Program-made: the position numbers and the translations under genes
NCBI GenBank assembly: GCA_963722655.1
Contig: CAVRNT010000001.1
Coordinates: forward strand, 162,612 to 226,611
Source: an uncultured bacterium
GTDB lineage: Bacteria; Patescibacteriota; Minisyncoccia; UBA6257; GWB1-50-10
DNA: 64,000 nucleotides
Reading direction: 5' to 3'
Notes under the pieces: model-generated
Told to the model about the DNA's origin: nothing
Seen by the model: the letters and a program-made list of their open reading frames with translations, nothing else
The model's database searches: none
In this document: positions 36,819 to 49,059 of the stretch, piece after piece
Layout of the letters: the number at the start of each line of letters is the position of its first letter
How positions within the stretch are numbered: the stretch's first letter is position 1

Positions 36819-38549
36819 ATGACCGACCAGGAATTAATCCAAGCGCTTCAGAAGAAGGGTCTGCTCCCCGCCGCCTCGGCTGCGAAGCTCGTCAAGGAGG
36901 CCGGACTGCGCGAGCGGAGCGCGGAGGACCTCATCTATGAAGAGCGCCTCGTACCAGACGCCGAAGTGGCGGCGGTCAAAAGCGAGCTCTTGAAGATCCC
37001 GTACAAGAAGATCGACCCCGCTGCGATCGGCGAAGACCTCTTGAAGATCATCCCCAAGGACACCTCCCGGGCTTACCAGGTGGTCCCGCTCGAAAAGCGG
37101 CGAGACCTCCTCGTCGTCGGAATGCTCCATCCGGACAATCTGCAGGCGCAGGAGGTGCTCCGCTTCATCGCCAAGCAGAATCGGGTGAGCTTGGGCGTCT
37201 ACATCGTGACGCCGACCGATCTTCAGGCGGTGTGGCGCAAGTACGCCCCTTACCGGACGGAGATCGAAGCGGCCGTGAAGGAAATCGGGCCGTCGCGCCC
37301 AGTGGACGATCTGATGGTGACCCTCGAAGAGGGCGCTCGCACGGCCGAGGACGCCCCTATCATCCAGATCGTCGCCTCGACGCTCCGGGAAGCGGTCGAG
37401 GCCAAGGTCTCCGACATCCACATCGAGCCGGAGAAGGACCGGGTGCGCATTCGCTTCCGGTTGGACGGCAAGCTCGAGGAAACCGCCTCGGTGCCATCCG
37501 CCTTGGGCCAACCCATCATCTCGCGCATCAAGGTCCTCGCCAAATTACGGCTCGACGAGACGCGCGTGCCGCAGGACGGCCGTTTTCGGACAGTCGTGGG
37601 TGGCCGCGACATCGACTACCGTGTTTCCACCTTCCCGACGCCATCGGGCGAGAAGGTGGCCATCCGCGTCTTGGACCCCGCGACCGGCCTCAAGGGTCTT
37701 AAAGAGTTGGGACTGAACGACTACAACTTTGGACTTTTGGAAAAAGCGGCCGAGGCGCCTTACGGCATGATTCTCATCACCGGCCCCACGGGCTCGGGCA
37801 AGACGACGACCCTCTATGCGGTGATGCAGAAATTGAACCGCGACGACGTGAACATCGTAACCCTCGAAGACCCGGTGGAATATTTTATGGACGGCATCAA
37901 CCAGTCCCAAGTGAAACCCGAGATCGGCTACGATTTCGCCTCGGGACTCCGGCAGATCCTCCGCCAGGATCCGGACGTCATCATGGTGGGCGAGGTGCGG
38001 GACGAAGAGACGGCGAGCCTCGCCGTCCAATCCGCCTTGACCGGCCACTTGATGCTCTCCACCCTCCACACCAATAACGCGATCGGCGTCATCCCGCGCC
38101 TCGTCGACCTCAAGGTGCCGGGCTTTCTCCTCTCCGCTTCGCTCAATCTGATGCTCTCCCAGCGCCTCGTCGGCCGTCTCTGCCCGGATTGCAAGAAACC
38201 GGTCCCGGCGCCCGAAGCGGCGACGAAGTTCATCGACGAAGCGTTCCAAACGCTCCCGCCGATGCTCAAAGAGAAGCTGGACGCGAAGAGACCATATCAG
38301 GTCTACCGGAGCGAACCCAAACCAGACTGCAAGATCTGCAAAGGGAAGGGAATGGTCGGCCGAGTGGCGATCTTCGAGATCTTCCGAATGACCCGGGAGC
38401 TCGGCAATCTTTTGAACAAGGGCTACAGCGAGAGCGACCTAATGGACGAAGCCAAGCGCCAGGGAATGGTCCCGATGCGCGCGGACGGCATTCTCAAAGC
38501 GCTCCAAGGGGAGGTGCTCCTCGAAGAGGTGCTGCGCGAGACGGAGTGA
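36819..38549 (+). CDS. pilB: type IV pilus extension ATPase PilB (GspE family)
   Basis: Walker A GPTGSGKTT, Asp/His boxes, tetracysteine CPDC...CKICKGKG, N-terminal GSPII-like domain. Confidence 0.9.
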   Translation: MTDQELIQALQKKGLLPAASAAKLVKEAGLRERSAEDLIYEERLVPDAEVAAVKSELLKIPYKKIDPAAIGEDLLKIIPKDTSRAYQVVPLEKRRDLLVVGMLHPDNLQAQEVLRFIAKQNRVSLGVYIVTPTDLQAVWRKYAPYRTEIEAAVKEIGPSRPVDDLMVTLEEGARTAEDAPIIQIVASTLREAVEAKVSDIHIEPEKDRVRIRFRLDGKLEETASVPSALGQPIISRIKVLAKLRLDETRVPQDGRFRTVVGGRDIDYRVSTFPTPSGEKVAIRVLDPATGLKGLKELGLNDYNFGLLEKAAEAPYGMILITGPTGSGKTTTLYAVMQKLNRDDVNIVTLEDPVEYFMDGINQSQVKPEIGYDFASGLRQILRQDPDVIMVGEVRDEETASLAVQSALTGHLMLSTLHTNNAIGVIPRLVDLKVPGFLLSASLNLMLSQRLVGRLCPDCKKPVPAPEAATKFIDEAFQTLPPMLKEKLDAKRPYQVYRSEPKPDCKICKGKGMVGRVAIFEIFRMTRELGNLLNKGYSESDLMDEAKRQGMVPMRADGILKALQGEVLLEEVLRETE

Positions 38550-38600
38550 GCGCGCCGAGACTTTTTCGTGTATGATTAGTAGAAGTCAGCGCGCGACCAT

Positions 38601-39680
38601 ATGCCAACGACGAACTATAAGGACAAACTGAACGACCTCTTGCTCCAGACCGCGAAGCAGAACGCCTCGGACCTTCACCTCGCGGTCGGGCGGCGGCCCA
38701 CGATCCGGGTGGACAGCGTCCTCATCCCCTTGGCCCAAGAGGCCATCTTGACCAAAGAAGACACGGAGGGCTTGATCTTTTCGCTCCTCACCGAGGAACA
38801 AAAACAGACCTTCCTCACCGAGAAACAGCTGGACTTCTCTTTCAACTACGAGGACAAGGCCCGCTTCCGGGTGAACACCTATTACCAGCGCGGCTTCATG
38901 GCTGCCGCTTTGCGTTTGATCCCGGCCCAGATCCGGACGGTGGAGGAACTGAACCTGCCGCCGCTCCTCCACGATTTCACGAAACTGAATCAGGGTTTCA
39001 TCTTGGTCGTGGGGCCTGCCGGCCACGGCAAGTCCACGACCTTGGCCGCCCTCCTCGACGAGGTGAACCACAAGCGGAATGACCACATCATCACGGTCGA
39101 GGACCCAATCGAATACGTCTTCTCCCAGGACCGCTGCATCGTCTCCCAAAGGGAAGTGGGGGCTGACACCCTCTCTTTCCATGACGCGTTGCGGGCGGTC
39201 CTCCGCCAGGACCCGGATGTCATCATGATCGGCGAGATGCGCGACCCGGAAACGATCGCGACGGCGATGACGGCCGCCGAGACTGGCCACCTGGTCTTCT
39301 CAACGCTCCACACTAACTCCGCCTCCCAGACCATCGACCGCATCATCGACAGCTTCCCGCCGAACCAACAAGGCCAGGTCATCTCCCAGCTCGCCTCGAC
39401 CTTAGTGGCCATCATTTCAGAGCGCCTCGTGCCGCGCCTCGGCGGCGGGCGGATTCCCTCGATAGAAATAATGCTCGTGAACCCGGCCATCCGGAACCTC
39501 ATCCGCGAAAAGAAGATCTACCAGATCGACCTCGTCATCGAGACGAGCATCCAGGAAGGGATGATGTCCTTGAACCGTTCGCTCGTGAACCTCGTGAAGC
39601 GCAAGGAGGTATCGCTCGAGGAAGCTGAGACCTACTCCCTGAACCCGGCGGAACTGCGCATCCTCCTCGAGCGCACTTAG
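38601..39680 (+). CDS. pilT: type IV pilus retraction ATPase PilT
   Basis: Walker A GPAGHGKST, PilT signature ...HLVFSTLHTNSA..., 359 aa. Confidence 0.9.
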   Translation: MPTTNYKDKLNDLLLQTAKQNASDLHLAVGRRPTIRVDSVLIPLAQEAILTKEDTEGLIFSLLTEEQKQTFLTEKQLDFSFNYEDKARFRVNTYYQRGFMAAALRLIPAQIRTVEELNLPPLLHDFTKLNQGFILVVGPAGHGKSTTLAALLDEVNHKRNDHIITVEDPIEYVFSQDRCIVSQREVGADTLSFHDALRAVLRQDPDVIMIGEMRDPETIATAMTAAETGHLVFSTLHTNSASQTIDRIIDSFPPNQQGQVISQLASTLVAIISERLVPRLGGGRIPSIEIMLVNPAIRNLIREKKIYQIDLVIETSIQEGMMSLNRSLVNLVKRKEVSLEEAETYSLNPAELRILLERT

Positions 39681-39696
39681 GTTATAATTAAAGGAA

Positions 39697-40902
39697 ATGA
39701 AGTTCGATTATAAGGCCAGAACCAAAGAGGGGGAACTCCAAGTGGGGAACGTCGAGGCCTCGAACCGCGACGCGGCTTTGAGTATCCTTTTGGGCCACCA
39801 GCTCTTCGTTCTGAGCTTGGAAGAGGAACAGAATGCCGCGTGGTACACGCGCCTTCTCGACATCTTCAAGCGGGTCAAATCCCAGGATATCATGATCTTC
39901 ACGCGGCAGTTCGCGACGCTCCTCGCCTCTCAAGTGCCCCTTTCGGACAGCTTGGCCAATTTGTACAAACAGACGACGAAACCGGTCCTCAAGGAGGCCA
40001 TCTATGAGATTGCGAACGACATCGACGCCGGTTTCTCGCTCTCGCAATCCTTGGAGCGGCACAAAGCCATCTTTTCCGAGTTCTACGTGAACATGGTGAA
40101 ATCGGCCGAGGTGACCGGGCGCTTGAGCGAGGTCTTAGACTTCCTCGCCGATTACTCCGAGAAGCAGGCGACACTGATCGCCAAGGTGAAGAACGCCCTG
40201 ACCTACCCGGCCTTCGTCATAGTCCTCTTCATCGTCGTCGTGGCGGTGATGGTCACGATGGTCTTCCCGCAGATCACGCCGATCTTCGCCGAGTCGCACG
40301 TGGCGTTGCCCTTCTTCACCCAGGTCCTCTTGGGCATCAGCCAGTTCATGGCCGCCTGGTGGTGGGTCCTTGCGATCGCCCTTGTGGCCGTTGTCGTGCT
40401 CCTTTTGGATTACTTTCAGACGAACGAAGGCAAAGCGGTCTTGGACACCTTGGTCCTCAGGACCCCCATCATCGGTCCGCTCTTCCAGAAGCTTTACATC
40501 GCCCGTTTCGCCGAATCCGCCCGGGTGCTCATCAAAGGCGGGCTCACCATCCCCCAGGCCGTCGAGATCTCATCGCACACAATCGGCAACACCATCTACG
40601 CCGAGCTCCTGCGCGATGCCGCCGAGCAGATCCGTAAAGGCAAGCTTCTCTCCCAAGCCCTCGCGCCGATGTCGGAATTCCCGCCCCTCGTCTCCCAGCT
40701 CGTCGCCGTTGGGGAATCGACCGGTCGGTTGGAGGACCTTTTGGGCAAGATCAACGACTTCTATAGCCGCGAGGTGGACAACACCGTGAGCAATTTGGTG
40801 GAACTCATTCAGCCAATTCTAATGGTTGTAATCGGCGTCATCATCGCCATTCTCTTTGCCTCCATACTTCTGCCGATCTATAACCTGTCGCAGGCGTTCT
40901 AA
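39697..40902 (+). CDS. pilC: type IV pilus inner-membrane platform protein PilC (GspF family)
   Basis: Two GspF-like repeats, 3 TM regions, 401 aa. Confidence 0.9.
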   Translation: MKFDYKARTKEGELQVGNVEASNRDAALSILLGHQLFVLSLEEEQNAAWYTRLLDIFKRVKSQDIMIFTRQFATLLASQVPLSDSLANLYKQTTKPVLKEAIYEIANDIDAGFSLSQSLERHKAIFSEFYVNMVKSAEVTGRLSEVLDFLADYSEKQATLIAKVKNALTYPAFVIVLFIVVVAVMVTMVFPQITPIFAESHVALPFFTQVLLGISQFMAAWWWVLAIALVAVVVLLLDYFQTNEGKAVLDTLVLRTPIIGPLFQKLYIARFAESARVLIKGGLTIPQAVEISSHTIGNTIYAELLRDAAEQIRKGKLLSQALAPMSEFPPLVSQLVAVGESTGRLEDLLGKINDFYSREVDNTVSNLVELIQPILMVVIGVIIAILFASILLPIYNLSQAF

Positions 40903-40964
40903 AATCAAGATAGTCGCCTAAACTTAACTGTAAACCTTAAGAACGTCGCTATAATAAAAAACAA

Positions 40965-41435
40965 ATGGTCGATAATTTCGGAAACAAAATGCTTAATAGG
41001 AAAGGAGGTTTCACGCTCATTGAAATGCTCGTCGTGATCGCGATGATCGGCATCCTGTCGGCCGTCGTCTTGACCGCCCTCGGCCCTTCCCGCAATAAAG
41101 CGAAAGATACGAGGATTATTTCCGATGTGAACCAAGTCAGGGCTTTAGGCGAAATCGATTATAACGCCACGACCGGCGAGTATACCGATTGCGCTAATAC
41201 CGCCGCTGGTTTTAGTGCACTTGTTACCGATATATCCTCTCAAGGCGGGTCCCTATCGGTTAGTTGTAATAGTGGTGATACTCAAGCCGCCTACTCTTCG
41301 AAATTAGCTTCGAATAGCTCGACATATTTCTGCGTGGATTCCACGGGTGTAACCTCTGCTAACGCAGATTCCGTGGGGTCTTGCTCTACGGTCTCAATCC
41401 CGCCACCATATACAACTGGCTGGGACGAGGAGTGA
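40965..41435 (+). CDS. pilA: type IV pilin (pilin 1), C-terminus fused to IS-derived sequence
   Basis: Prepilin signal ...RKGG/FTLIEMLVVIAMIGIL with E+5. Disulfide-loop cysteines. The last ~16 codons (IPPPYTTGWDEE) come from a truncated IS3 orfA read in another frame. Confidence 0.75.
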   Translation: MVDNFGNKMLNRKGGFTLIEMLVVIAMIGILSAVVLTALGPSRNKAKDTRIISDVNQVRALGEIDYNATTGEYTDCANTAAGFSALVTDISSQGGSLSVSCNSGDTQAAYSSKLASNSSTYFCVDSTGVTSANADSVGSCSTVSIPPPYTTGWDEE

Positions 41436-42371
41436 AAGGCAACCCCACCATTGGTGAACTCGTTCGTCTCAAGCGCCAGAACGATGAGCTTCTCGCTCTC
41501 GTGGGCGAGCTCACTCTTGCCTCCTCCCGGACTCAAAAAAAGCGTTGATCAAGAAGCAGAAGAAGACGAAGCGAGCACTGGCCCGTGAGCTTGGTATTTC
41601 GAGATCGAGTCTGTACTACGCCTCAAAGCAAATACCAAAGGATTGGGAACTCAAAACAAAGATAGAGGAGGTGCTCTCGAAGGATCCGAGCTACGGCTAC
41701 CCGAGAGTGGCGCTCGCTCTTCATGTGAACCGGAAGAGAGCTCAGAGAGTGATGAGACTCTTCGGGATAAAGGCATATCGGAGAAGAGGAAGAAAGCCAA
41801 GAAAAATGGGCGTGGCGAGAACCCCGTACCCAAATCTCCTCAAAACCAATTATCCGAGATTTCCCAATGACATCTGGGTGGCAGACTTCACGTACATTCC
41901 GTATCAGGGAAAGTTCCTGTATCTGGCGACCGTACTAGATCTCTTCACGAGAGAGATTGTGGGCTCCGCGGTGATGAATGTTCATTCAGTGCCATTGATT
42001 CTTCAAGCTTTCTTCTCTGCGGTGGAGTTCCATCCCAGGCCGAACATCTTTCATTCGGACAACGGAAGAGAATATGGATCCAAGGTCTTTGAAGGAACTC
42101 TCATGGAGTTTGGCATCCGGATATCCCGGAGCGCAAAAGCCTCTCCCTGGGAAAACGGATACCAAGAGTCTTTCTATGACAAATTCAAAGTGGACCTGGG
42201 AGACCCGGAGAGATTCAAGACGTTGGGAGAACTGGTCTATGAGATTCATCGCCTTGTCTGGCATTACAATCACCAGAGGATTCATTCCATCCTCAAGATG
42301 CCACCACTCTTATTCGCAGAACGTTACCAAAAACTTGTCGAAAAAGTGTCTTAACTTTGGGGGTATTGCCA
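41388..42371 (+). mobile_element. IS3-family insertion sequence, 5'-truncated copy (last 52 codons of orfA + complete orfB + right IR)
   Basis: Identical to the interior of the full copy at 59991..61135 from acggtctcaat onward. Right end ...gggggtattgcca. Lacks the left IR and the 5' part of orfA. Confidence 0.85.
41545..42354 (+). CDS. IS3-family transposase OrfB (DDE integrase core)
   Basis: DDE residues in WVADFTYIP, IFHSDNGREY and SPWENGYQESF. Overlaps the orfA remnant in the -1 frame just after an A AAA AAG slippery site. Protein identical to 60017..60826. Confidence 0.9.
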   Translation: MIKKQKKTKRALARELGISRSSLYYASKQIPKDWELKTKIEEVLSKDPSYGYPRVALALHVNRKRAQRVMRLFGIKAYRRRGRKPRKMGVARTPYPNLLKTNYPRFPNDIWVADFTYIPYQGKFLYLATVLDLFTREIVGSAVMNVHSVPLILQAFFSAVEFHPRPNIFHSDNGREYGSKVFEGTLMEFGIRISRSAKASPWENGYQESFYDKFKVDLGDPERFKTLGELVYEIHRLVWHYNHQRIHSILKMPPLLFAERYQKLVEKVS

Positions 42372-42373
42372 TT

Positions 42374-42418
42374 GGGATCATCGGGATCATTGGGATCATC
42401 GGGATCATCGGGATCGAC
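42374..42418. repeat. 9-bp tandem repeat (GGGATCATY) x5 immediately outside the IS right end
   Basis: Read directly: gggatcatc gggatcatt gggatcatc gggatcatc gggatcg. Confidence 0.7.
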
Positions 42419-42721
42419 CGTCACTATTGATAGGCCGACAGAGTTTGATTTCCCTATTTGTTCTGGTAGTGCTGACGAATGGTGTAAAGAGAACGGTTAT
42501 TCTGCTGGCGGCTCCGACAGCGCGCCATATGGTGGTGGTACTTGCCAAACATACACAGGAGGCAATTGGCATGCCGGCAACAATGCGTGGGTAGGTGCGA
42601 TTTGCAACGAGTAATCTGTGCGCGTTCGTTGCTCTTGTCTTCACATCTATTTACATCACGATCCAAAAATTCTTCTACATCCTAACCGAGATGTTGATTA
42701 TGTTATAATGTAAGTAAGTAA

Positions 42722-43144
42722 ATGGTCGATAAACTCAGCAAATCATCAATGTTAAAAAACGAAAGAGGTTTCACGCTCATTGAAATGCTCGTCGTGATCG
42801 CGATGATCGGCATCCTGTCGGCCGTCGTCTTGACCGCCCTCGGCCCTTCCCGCAATAAAGCGAAAGATACGAGGATTATTTCCGATGTGAACCAAGTCAG
42901 GGCTTTAGGTGAAACCGATTATAATGCAACCGCAGGCACTTATGCCGATTGCAGTAATAGTGCTACCGCTGCCATTAGTAATTTGGCAACGGATATCACC
43001 AGTCAAGGAGGGGCGCTAACGGTGAACTGTAACACTGGTAGTACTCAAGCTGCTTATTCCTCGAGCTTGAACGCTGGTGGAAATTATTGCGTCGACACGA
43101 CCGGCAAAACGTCCAGCAATGCGGCGACCGGCGGGGGCTGCTAA
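42722..43144 (+). CDS. pilA: type IV pilin (pilin 2)
   Basis: Prepilin signal and first ~55 codons are nucleotide-identical to pilin 1 (~150 bp). Divergent C-terminal half ending in the Cys-loop ...YCVDTTGKTSSNAATGGGC. TGNTATAAT extended -10 box 12 nt upstream. Confidence 0.8.
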   Translation: MVDKLSKSSMLKNERGFTLIEMLVVIAMIGILSAVVLTALGPSRNKAKDTRIISDVNQVRALGETDYNATAGTYADCSNSATAAISNLATDITSQGGALTVNCNTGSTQAAYSSSLNAGGNYCVDTTGKTSSNAATGGGC

Positions 43145-43235
43145 ATTGAATTCGTCAAAAAGGGAAGATCGGCGGTGGAAAACCGCCGGTCTTTTCTTTG
43201 ATTTTGCGCGGCGATTTGGTATGATTAACGTAGAT

Positions 43236-43703
43236 ATGCGCAGAGAAACATCCGGTTTCACCTTGATCGAGATGCTGATCGTCGTCGCAATTATCGGCAT
43301 CCTCTCATCCGTCATCCTCACGGCCTTGGGGCCGGCCCGCGACAAGGCCAAGGATGCCAGAATCATCCAGGAGGTGAACCAGGCCCGAGCCATCGCCGAA
43401 TCATTGGGCGCGAACGGGACCTACGGCGGCGTGCCGACCGTGACCGCCGACTCGGTCTCGTCCATCACCGACCCCGATTTGCAGTCGCTCGCCTCGGACA
43501 TTAAGACCCAAGGCGGCGGTCTTTACATGGAAAAGGCCCTCTCTTCTCCTTATAACTGGTACATTGTCTTCTCGGCCCTGAACACGCTGGTCGGGCCGCA
43601 GAGTGACCAGACTCAGTATTATTGCGTGGACAGCTCTGGTCACGCGGTCTACACGACGACGAACCCGGACGGGTCGCAGAACAGTTGCCCGACTGGTTCT
43701 TAG
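43236..43703 (+). CDS. type IV pilin-like protein (pilin 3)
   Basis: Leader MRRETSG/FTLIEMLIVVAIIGIL, C-terminal YYCVDSSG...SCPTGS disulfide loop. The ORF track opens upstream at 43077. Confidence 0.7.
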   Translation: MRRETSGFTLIEMLIVVAIIGILSSVILTALGPARDKAKDARIIQEVNQARAIAESLGANGTYGGVPTVTADSVSSITDPDLQSLASDIKTQGGGLYMEKALSSPYNWYIVFSALNTLVGPQSDQTQYYCVDSSGHAVYTTTNPDGSQNSCPTGS

Positions 43704-43708
43704 GTGGA

Positions 43709-44611
43709 ATGACGATTCAGGTTTACGTCCTGCTTTTTATCTTCGGGACCGCCATCGGCAGTTTTTTGAACGTTCTGATCTTCCGCTACGCGCCGGACCG
43801 GAAGCTCTTCGATTTAAAACGTCTCGGCGGCCGTTCCCACTGCCTTTATTGCGGCCACGAGCTCGGCGCTTTGGAGCTCGTCCCGATCTTGAGTTTCCTC
43901 TTCCAAGGCGGTAAGTGCCGCGTCTGTGGCCACCGGCTTTCGGTCCAGTATCCTATCGTCGAGGTCTTGAGTGGAGCGGTCTTCGCCGGGATACCGCTTT
44001 TTTTGAACTTTTTCTATGTCAAAAGCGGCGTTCTCTTCGCGGCCTTCGGCTTGCCGGTTTGGTATTACCTTTTGGCGCTGGCTTGGGTCATTGTCTTCCT
44101 CGTCTGGCTCACGATGGTCGTGATCGACCTCCGGCATTACGTGATCCCGAACGAACTGAATCTGCTTCTGGTCCTTTTGGGCGTCGTCATCGTGTTCTTG
44201 AACGTCCATTACGGCAGCGCGCTCTTTCCTTTCCGGCAGTCCTTCTTGGAACAATACCAACTGGTCTTCTCGCCCTTTCAAGACATCCTCGCGAACCACT
44301 TGCTCGGCTCGGCCTTCGGCGCGGCCCTCTTCGGCCTCTTGGTCTTTGTGAGCCGGGGCCGCGGGATGGGTCTCGGGGACGTGAAGCTCGCCGCCGTTGC
44401 CGGCTTTCTCCTCGGCTGGCCGGATATCGCTCTCGCCACCATGCTCTCCTTCATCTTAGGCGGTCTTTTTAGCTTGGTTTTGATAGCGCTGCATAAGAAG
44501 ACCATGCGTGACCGGATACCCTTCGCGCCTTTTATGGTCTTGGGATTCATTTTGACCGTCTTTTTCGGTGCGGCGGTCATCACCGGTTATTTCCACCTCT
44601 TCTCGCTCTGA
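43709..44611 (+). CDS. pilD: prepilin peptidase PilD (A24 family)
   Basis: N-terminal zinc-binding CLYCGHEL...CRVCGHRL, 8 TM helices, conserved Asp residues (DLRHYVIPNE ... GLGDVKL). Confidence 0.85.
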   Translation: MTIQVYVLLFIFGTAIGSFLNVLIFRYAPDRKLFDLKRLGGRSHCLYCGHELGALELVPILSFLFQGGKCRVCGHRLSVQYPIVEVLSGAVFAGIPLFLNFFYVKSGVLFAAFGLPVWYYLLALAWVIVFLVWLTMVVIDLRHYVIPNELNLLLVLLGVVIVFLNVHYGSALFPFRQSFLEQYQLVFSPFQDILANHLLGSAFGAALFGLLVFVSRGRGMGLGDVKLAAVAGFLLGWPDIALATMLSFILGGLFSLVLIALHKKTMRDRIPFAPFMVLGFILTVFFGAAVITGYFHLFSL

Positions 44612-44636
44612 CGGATCCGGCCTATAATTAAGTCCG

Positions 44637-45167
44637 ATGGCGGATCTAAAGCCTTCAGAATCGGGGTTTACGCTTATTGAGACGCTGGTCGTCATCGCCA
44701 TTATGGCGATCCTTTCCGCGATGCTCATCGCTTTCAACCATTCGAGCACGACGGAGATCGCGCTCACGACCGACACGGCGACCGTGGCCGGGGCTCTGAA
44801 CCGCGCCAAGGCTCTAGCGCTCGAGAAATACAATCCGAGCTCGAGCGGCGGCGTCCCCGCCTGTGCCTACGGTGTCCATTTTAACAGCGGGACGGGCACC
44901 TATTTCATCTACGGTGTGTTCGCCAGCGATTGCAGCGGGGTCAGTTATTCGTACGATCCGAGCGCCGCGAACCAGCTCAAGGTGGAAACCTTCCAATTGG
45001 ACAATGGCATCGCCTTCGTGAACCTGACTCCGTCGGACATCTACTTCATCCCGCCATATCTCGAGGCGAGCAGTGCGGGCGGTAGGATGAGGGTGTTCCT
45101 GACAGTGGCCAAAACCGGCCAACCGGCGTCGGTCAGCGTGAGCCCCGGCGGGGGAGTGAGCTTTTAA
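44637..45167 (+). CDS. minor pilin / pseudopilin (FimT/GspH-like)
   Basis: Prepilin N-terminus SESG/FTLIETLVVIAIMAILSAML. CCTATAAT box 8 nt upstream. Confidence 0.65.
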   Translation: MADLKPSESGFTLIETLVVIAIMAILSAMLIAFNHSSTTEIALTTDTATVAGALNRAKALALEKYNPSSSGGVPACAYGVHFNSGTGTYFIYGVFASDCSGVSYSYDPSAANQLKVETFQLDNGIAFVNLTPSDIYFIPPYLEASSAGGRMRVFLTVAKTGQPASVSVSPGGGVSF

Positions 45168-45171
45168 ATCA

Positions 45172-45678
45172 ATGCGCGGATCTTTCCCCAAAGACGATAA
45201 AGGCAGTTTGATGATCGAGTCCATCGTCGCGACGAGCTTGGTCGTGGTCGGCGTTCTGGGTATCATGTCGCTTTTGATCAGCTCATCGCATCAGAGCATA
45301 AGCGCGAACGACAAATTGATCGCCGTCTATCTCGCTGCGGAGGATGTGGAGATAGTTAAGAATGCCATCGATAATTATTACGTCCTCGCCGAACCAAGTG
45401 GGACGAATTATTTCGCCCAATTGCCGACAGGGGATTTTTACATAGATTATACGTCGGAAAGTTTTACAGAGAACGCTCCCGCCCAGGTCTACGAAATGCC
45501 GGACGGCTCTTTCGTGCAGAGTGCCGCCGGCAACACGGCGACGATATTCAATCGTAAGGTCAATATCCAGTACCTCTCTCCGTCCAGCGTTCAGGTCAAG
45601 GCGACCGTCTGGTGGAATGAGAACGGCGTTCCGGCCAGCACGACCATCGTCGACATCTTCACTGGTTGGCGTTACTGA
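45172..45678 (+). CDS. minor pilin PilV-like (non-canonical +1 residue)
   Basis: N-terminus KG/SLMIESIVATSLVVVGVLGI with E+5. Confidence 0.5.
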   Translation: MRGSFPKDDKGSLMIESIVATSLVVVGVLGIMSLLISSSHQSISANDKLIAVYLAAEDVEIVKNAIDNYYVLAEPSGTNYFAQLPTGDFYIDYTSESFTENAPAQVYEMPDGSFVQSAAGNTATIFNRKVNIQYLSPSSVQVKATVWWNENGVPASTTIVDIFTGWRY

Positions 45679-45682
45679 ACGA

Positions 45683-46252
45683 ATGAAACAAGCACAAAAC
45701 AACAACGATCGAGGCGGCTTCACTTTGGCCGAGCTTTTGGTCGCCATGTCGGTCTTCATCGTCGTCACGGTCGTCGCCGTCGGTGCCTTCATCCAATCCC
45801 TGAAGAGCGAGCGGCACATCGTGACGGAGATCGCCGTCGCGAACGACGTCCAAACCGCTTTGGAGCAGATGGCGCGCGAGGTCCGGACCGGCTTTCTTTT
45901 TGACGTCTCGCCGGCGATGGACTCTTTGTTCTTCTATAATGCCAATAACGCCTCGACCACCTACGGTGTTTCGGCGGACGGCCTCTTGACCCGGACGGAC
46001 CAAAACGGCGTTACGTCAGCGATCACGTCGGACAACGTCATCGTGAAAGACCTACACTTCATTGTTTCGCAGGCGAACGACAACGCTTGCTATCCTTGGC
46101 GGATTACCATCCTTTTGGGCATCGGGGCCAAGGGAGCGGACGCGAGCGTCGCGCCGACCTACGTCCAAACGACCGTGAGCTCCCGGACGCTGCCCAAGGA
46201 CGTCCCGCCGGCCTTCAAATACACCTCCCCGCAAATATCCGGCTGCAATTAA
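45683..46252 (+). CDS. minor pilin PilW-like
   Basis: Prepilin N-terminus RGG/FTLAELLVAMSVFIVVTVVAVG. The ORF track opens at 45521; start set at the Met preceding the leader. Confidence 0.55.
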   Translation: MKQAQNNNDRGGFTLAELLVAMSVFIVVTVVAVGAFIQSLKSERHIVTEIAVANDVQTALEQMAREVRTGFLFDVSPAMDSLFFYNANNASTTYGVSADGLLTRTDQNGVTSAITSDNVIVKDLHFIVSQANDNACYPWRITILLGIGAKGADASVAPTYVQTTVSSRTLPKDVPPAFKYTSPQISGCN

Positions 46253-46253
46253 C

Positions 46254-48726
<2,473 letters not shown>

Positions 48727-48762
48727 TTTTGCGCTCGGCCGCCGTTTGCCTGTATAATCCCA

Positions 48763-49059
48763 TTGATGCTCACTAAAAAAGATCTGGAAAAACTGGCCGA
48801 GCTTTCCCGAATGGAGATCGGCGCCGGTGAGGAAAAGCTTTTGAAGGACTTGGAGAAGATTCTCGCTCATTTCGATGAGCTCAAGACCGTTCCGACCGAA
48901 GGCGTCGCGCCGATGACGGGCGGAACGGATGCCAAGAACGTCTTTCGGGAGGATGAGACCGGCAACGGCCTCTCGGGGGAGGCAGCCAAAGGCGAATTTC
49001 CGGAAAAGGAAAGAGGCTATTTGAAGGTCCCGCCGGTCTTTGACGCGGGAACGGATTGA
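48763..49059 (+). CDS. gatC: Asp/Glu-tRNA amidotransferase subunit C
   Basis: 98-aa helical protein immediately upstream of and overlapping gatA. TATAAT box 14 nt upstream. Confidence 0.75.
   Translation: MMLTKKDLEKLAELSRMEIGAGEEKLLKDLEKILAHFDELKTVPTEGVAPMTGGTDAKNVFREDETGNGLSGEAAKGEFPEKERGYLKVPPVFDAGTD

Noticed and set aside
42374-42418. Possible CRISPR array
   Set aside because: There are only five 9-bp units with no spacers, which makes this a simple tandem repeat. No CRISPR-like repeat-spacer structure or cas genes appear anywhere in the window.
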